Assembly (NCBI RefSeq): GCF_009914755.1
Contig: NC_060935.1
DNA length: 64,000 nt
Source: the human T2T-CHM13v2.0 reference genome, Homo sapiens
Strand: one strand, 5' to 3'
Under the pieces are notes generated by a model. It worked only from the letters and a program-made list of their open reading frames with translations. It was not told the origin of the DNA and ran no database searches. A program made the translations under genes and the position numbers. This document shows positions 63,601-64,000 of this stretch, piece after piece. Position 1 is the stretch's first letter, and every line of letters begins with the position of its first letter.

Positions 63601-64000
63601 TCAACATACATGTATGTACAAGAAAAGGAGAGAGGCAGAAGGGAGAAATCAAATGTCCAAAAATGTGCTTCAGCGGGAACCAGGGCCTCTGAAAGCATAT
63701 GTGGCATGGGCTGGGACTGCCCCTGGGCTTCACTGTCCAGCCTTGGACTCCACGGCTGCTCTCTGCTCTCTCTGACCTTGACTTCCCTTGGGGATGGTCG
63801 CCTGGGAACCTCTGACTGCAGTCCCCCTCTGTACCCCTCCTCCCTGACCCTACCCTCTCATGGCTCCAGCCTGGTGCTCCTCCAAAAACCTTGCTGCACT
63901 GCTGGTACCCTGAATATGCCTGTTCTCCTCCTACGCTTCCAACCATCCTTTTCTCTCTTTCTCATGGGCTTTCGCTGGCTGACGGTGGGATATAGTCATG

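Overview
Primate (human-like) genomic DNA from inside the synaptotagmin-9 gene (SYT9, + strand). Three coding exons (34422-34542, 36337-36508, 38886-39015; 121+172+130 = 423 nt) splice in frame through GT-AG introns and encode the C2B domain up to ...HWHSLVE. The upstream exons and the stop-codon exon lie outside the window. Positions ~4.2-32.3 kb are almost entirely nested LINE-1s (mostly antisense), Alus and a full-length decayed Tigger4 transposon. The distal half holds MIR, L2, MaLR LTRs, a complete MSTA provirus and a probable ancient RTE-clade LINE remnant. Most ORF-track entries are repeat-derived or chance ORFs. I found no RNA genes, no CRISPR and no demonstrably new system. The best leads are: (i) the three-exon block is phase-symmetric, stop-free and flanked by oppositely oriented Alus, so a back-spliced circle would carry an endless C2B ORF; (ii) a possible intronic-polyadenylation isoform; (iii) a 51-bp orphan retro-insertion with a TSD; (iv) an L1 3' transduction; (v) an unexplained 26-bp direct repeat. 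Repeat subfamily names and exon numbers come from recalled consensus sequences and gene structure, not from searches, and boundaries of old repeats are approximate.
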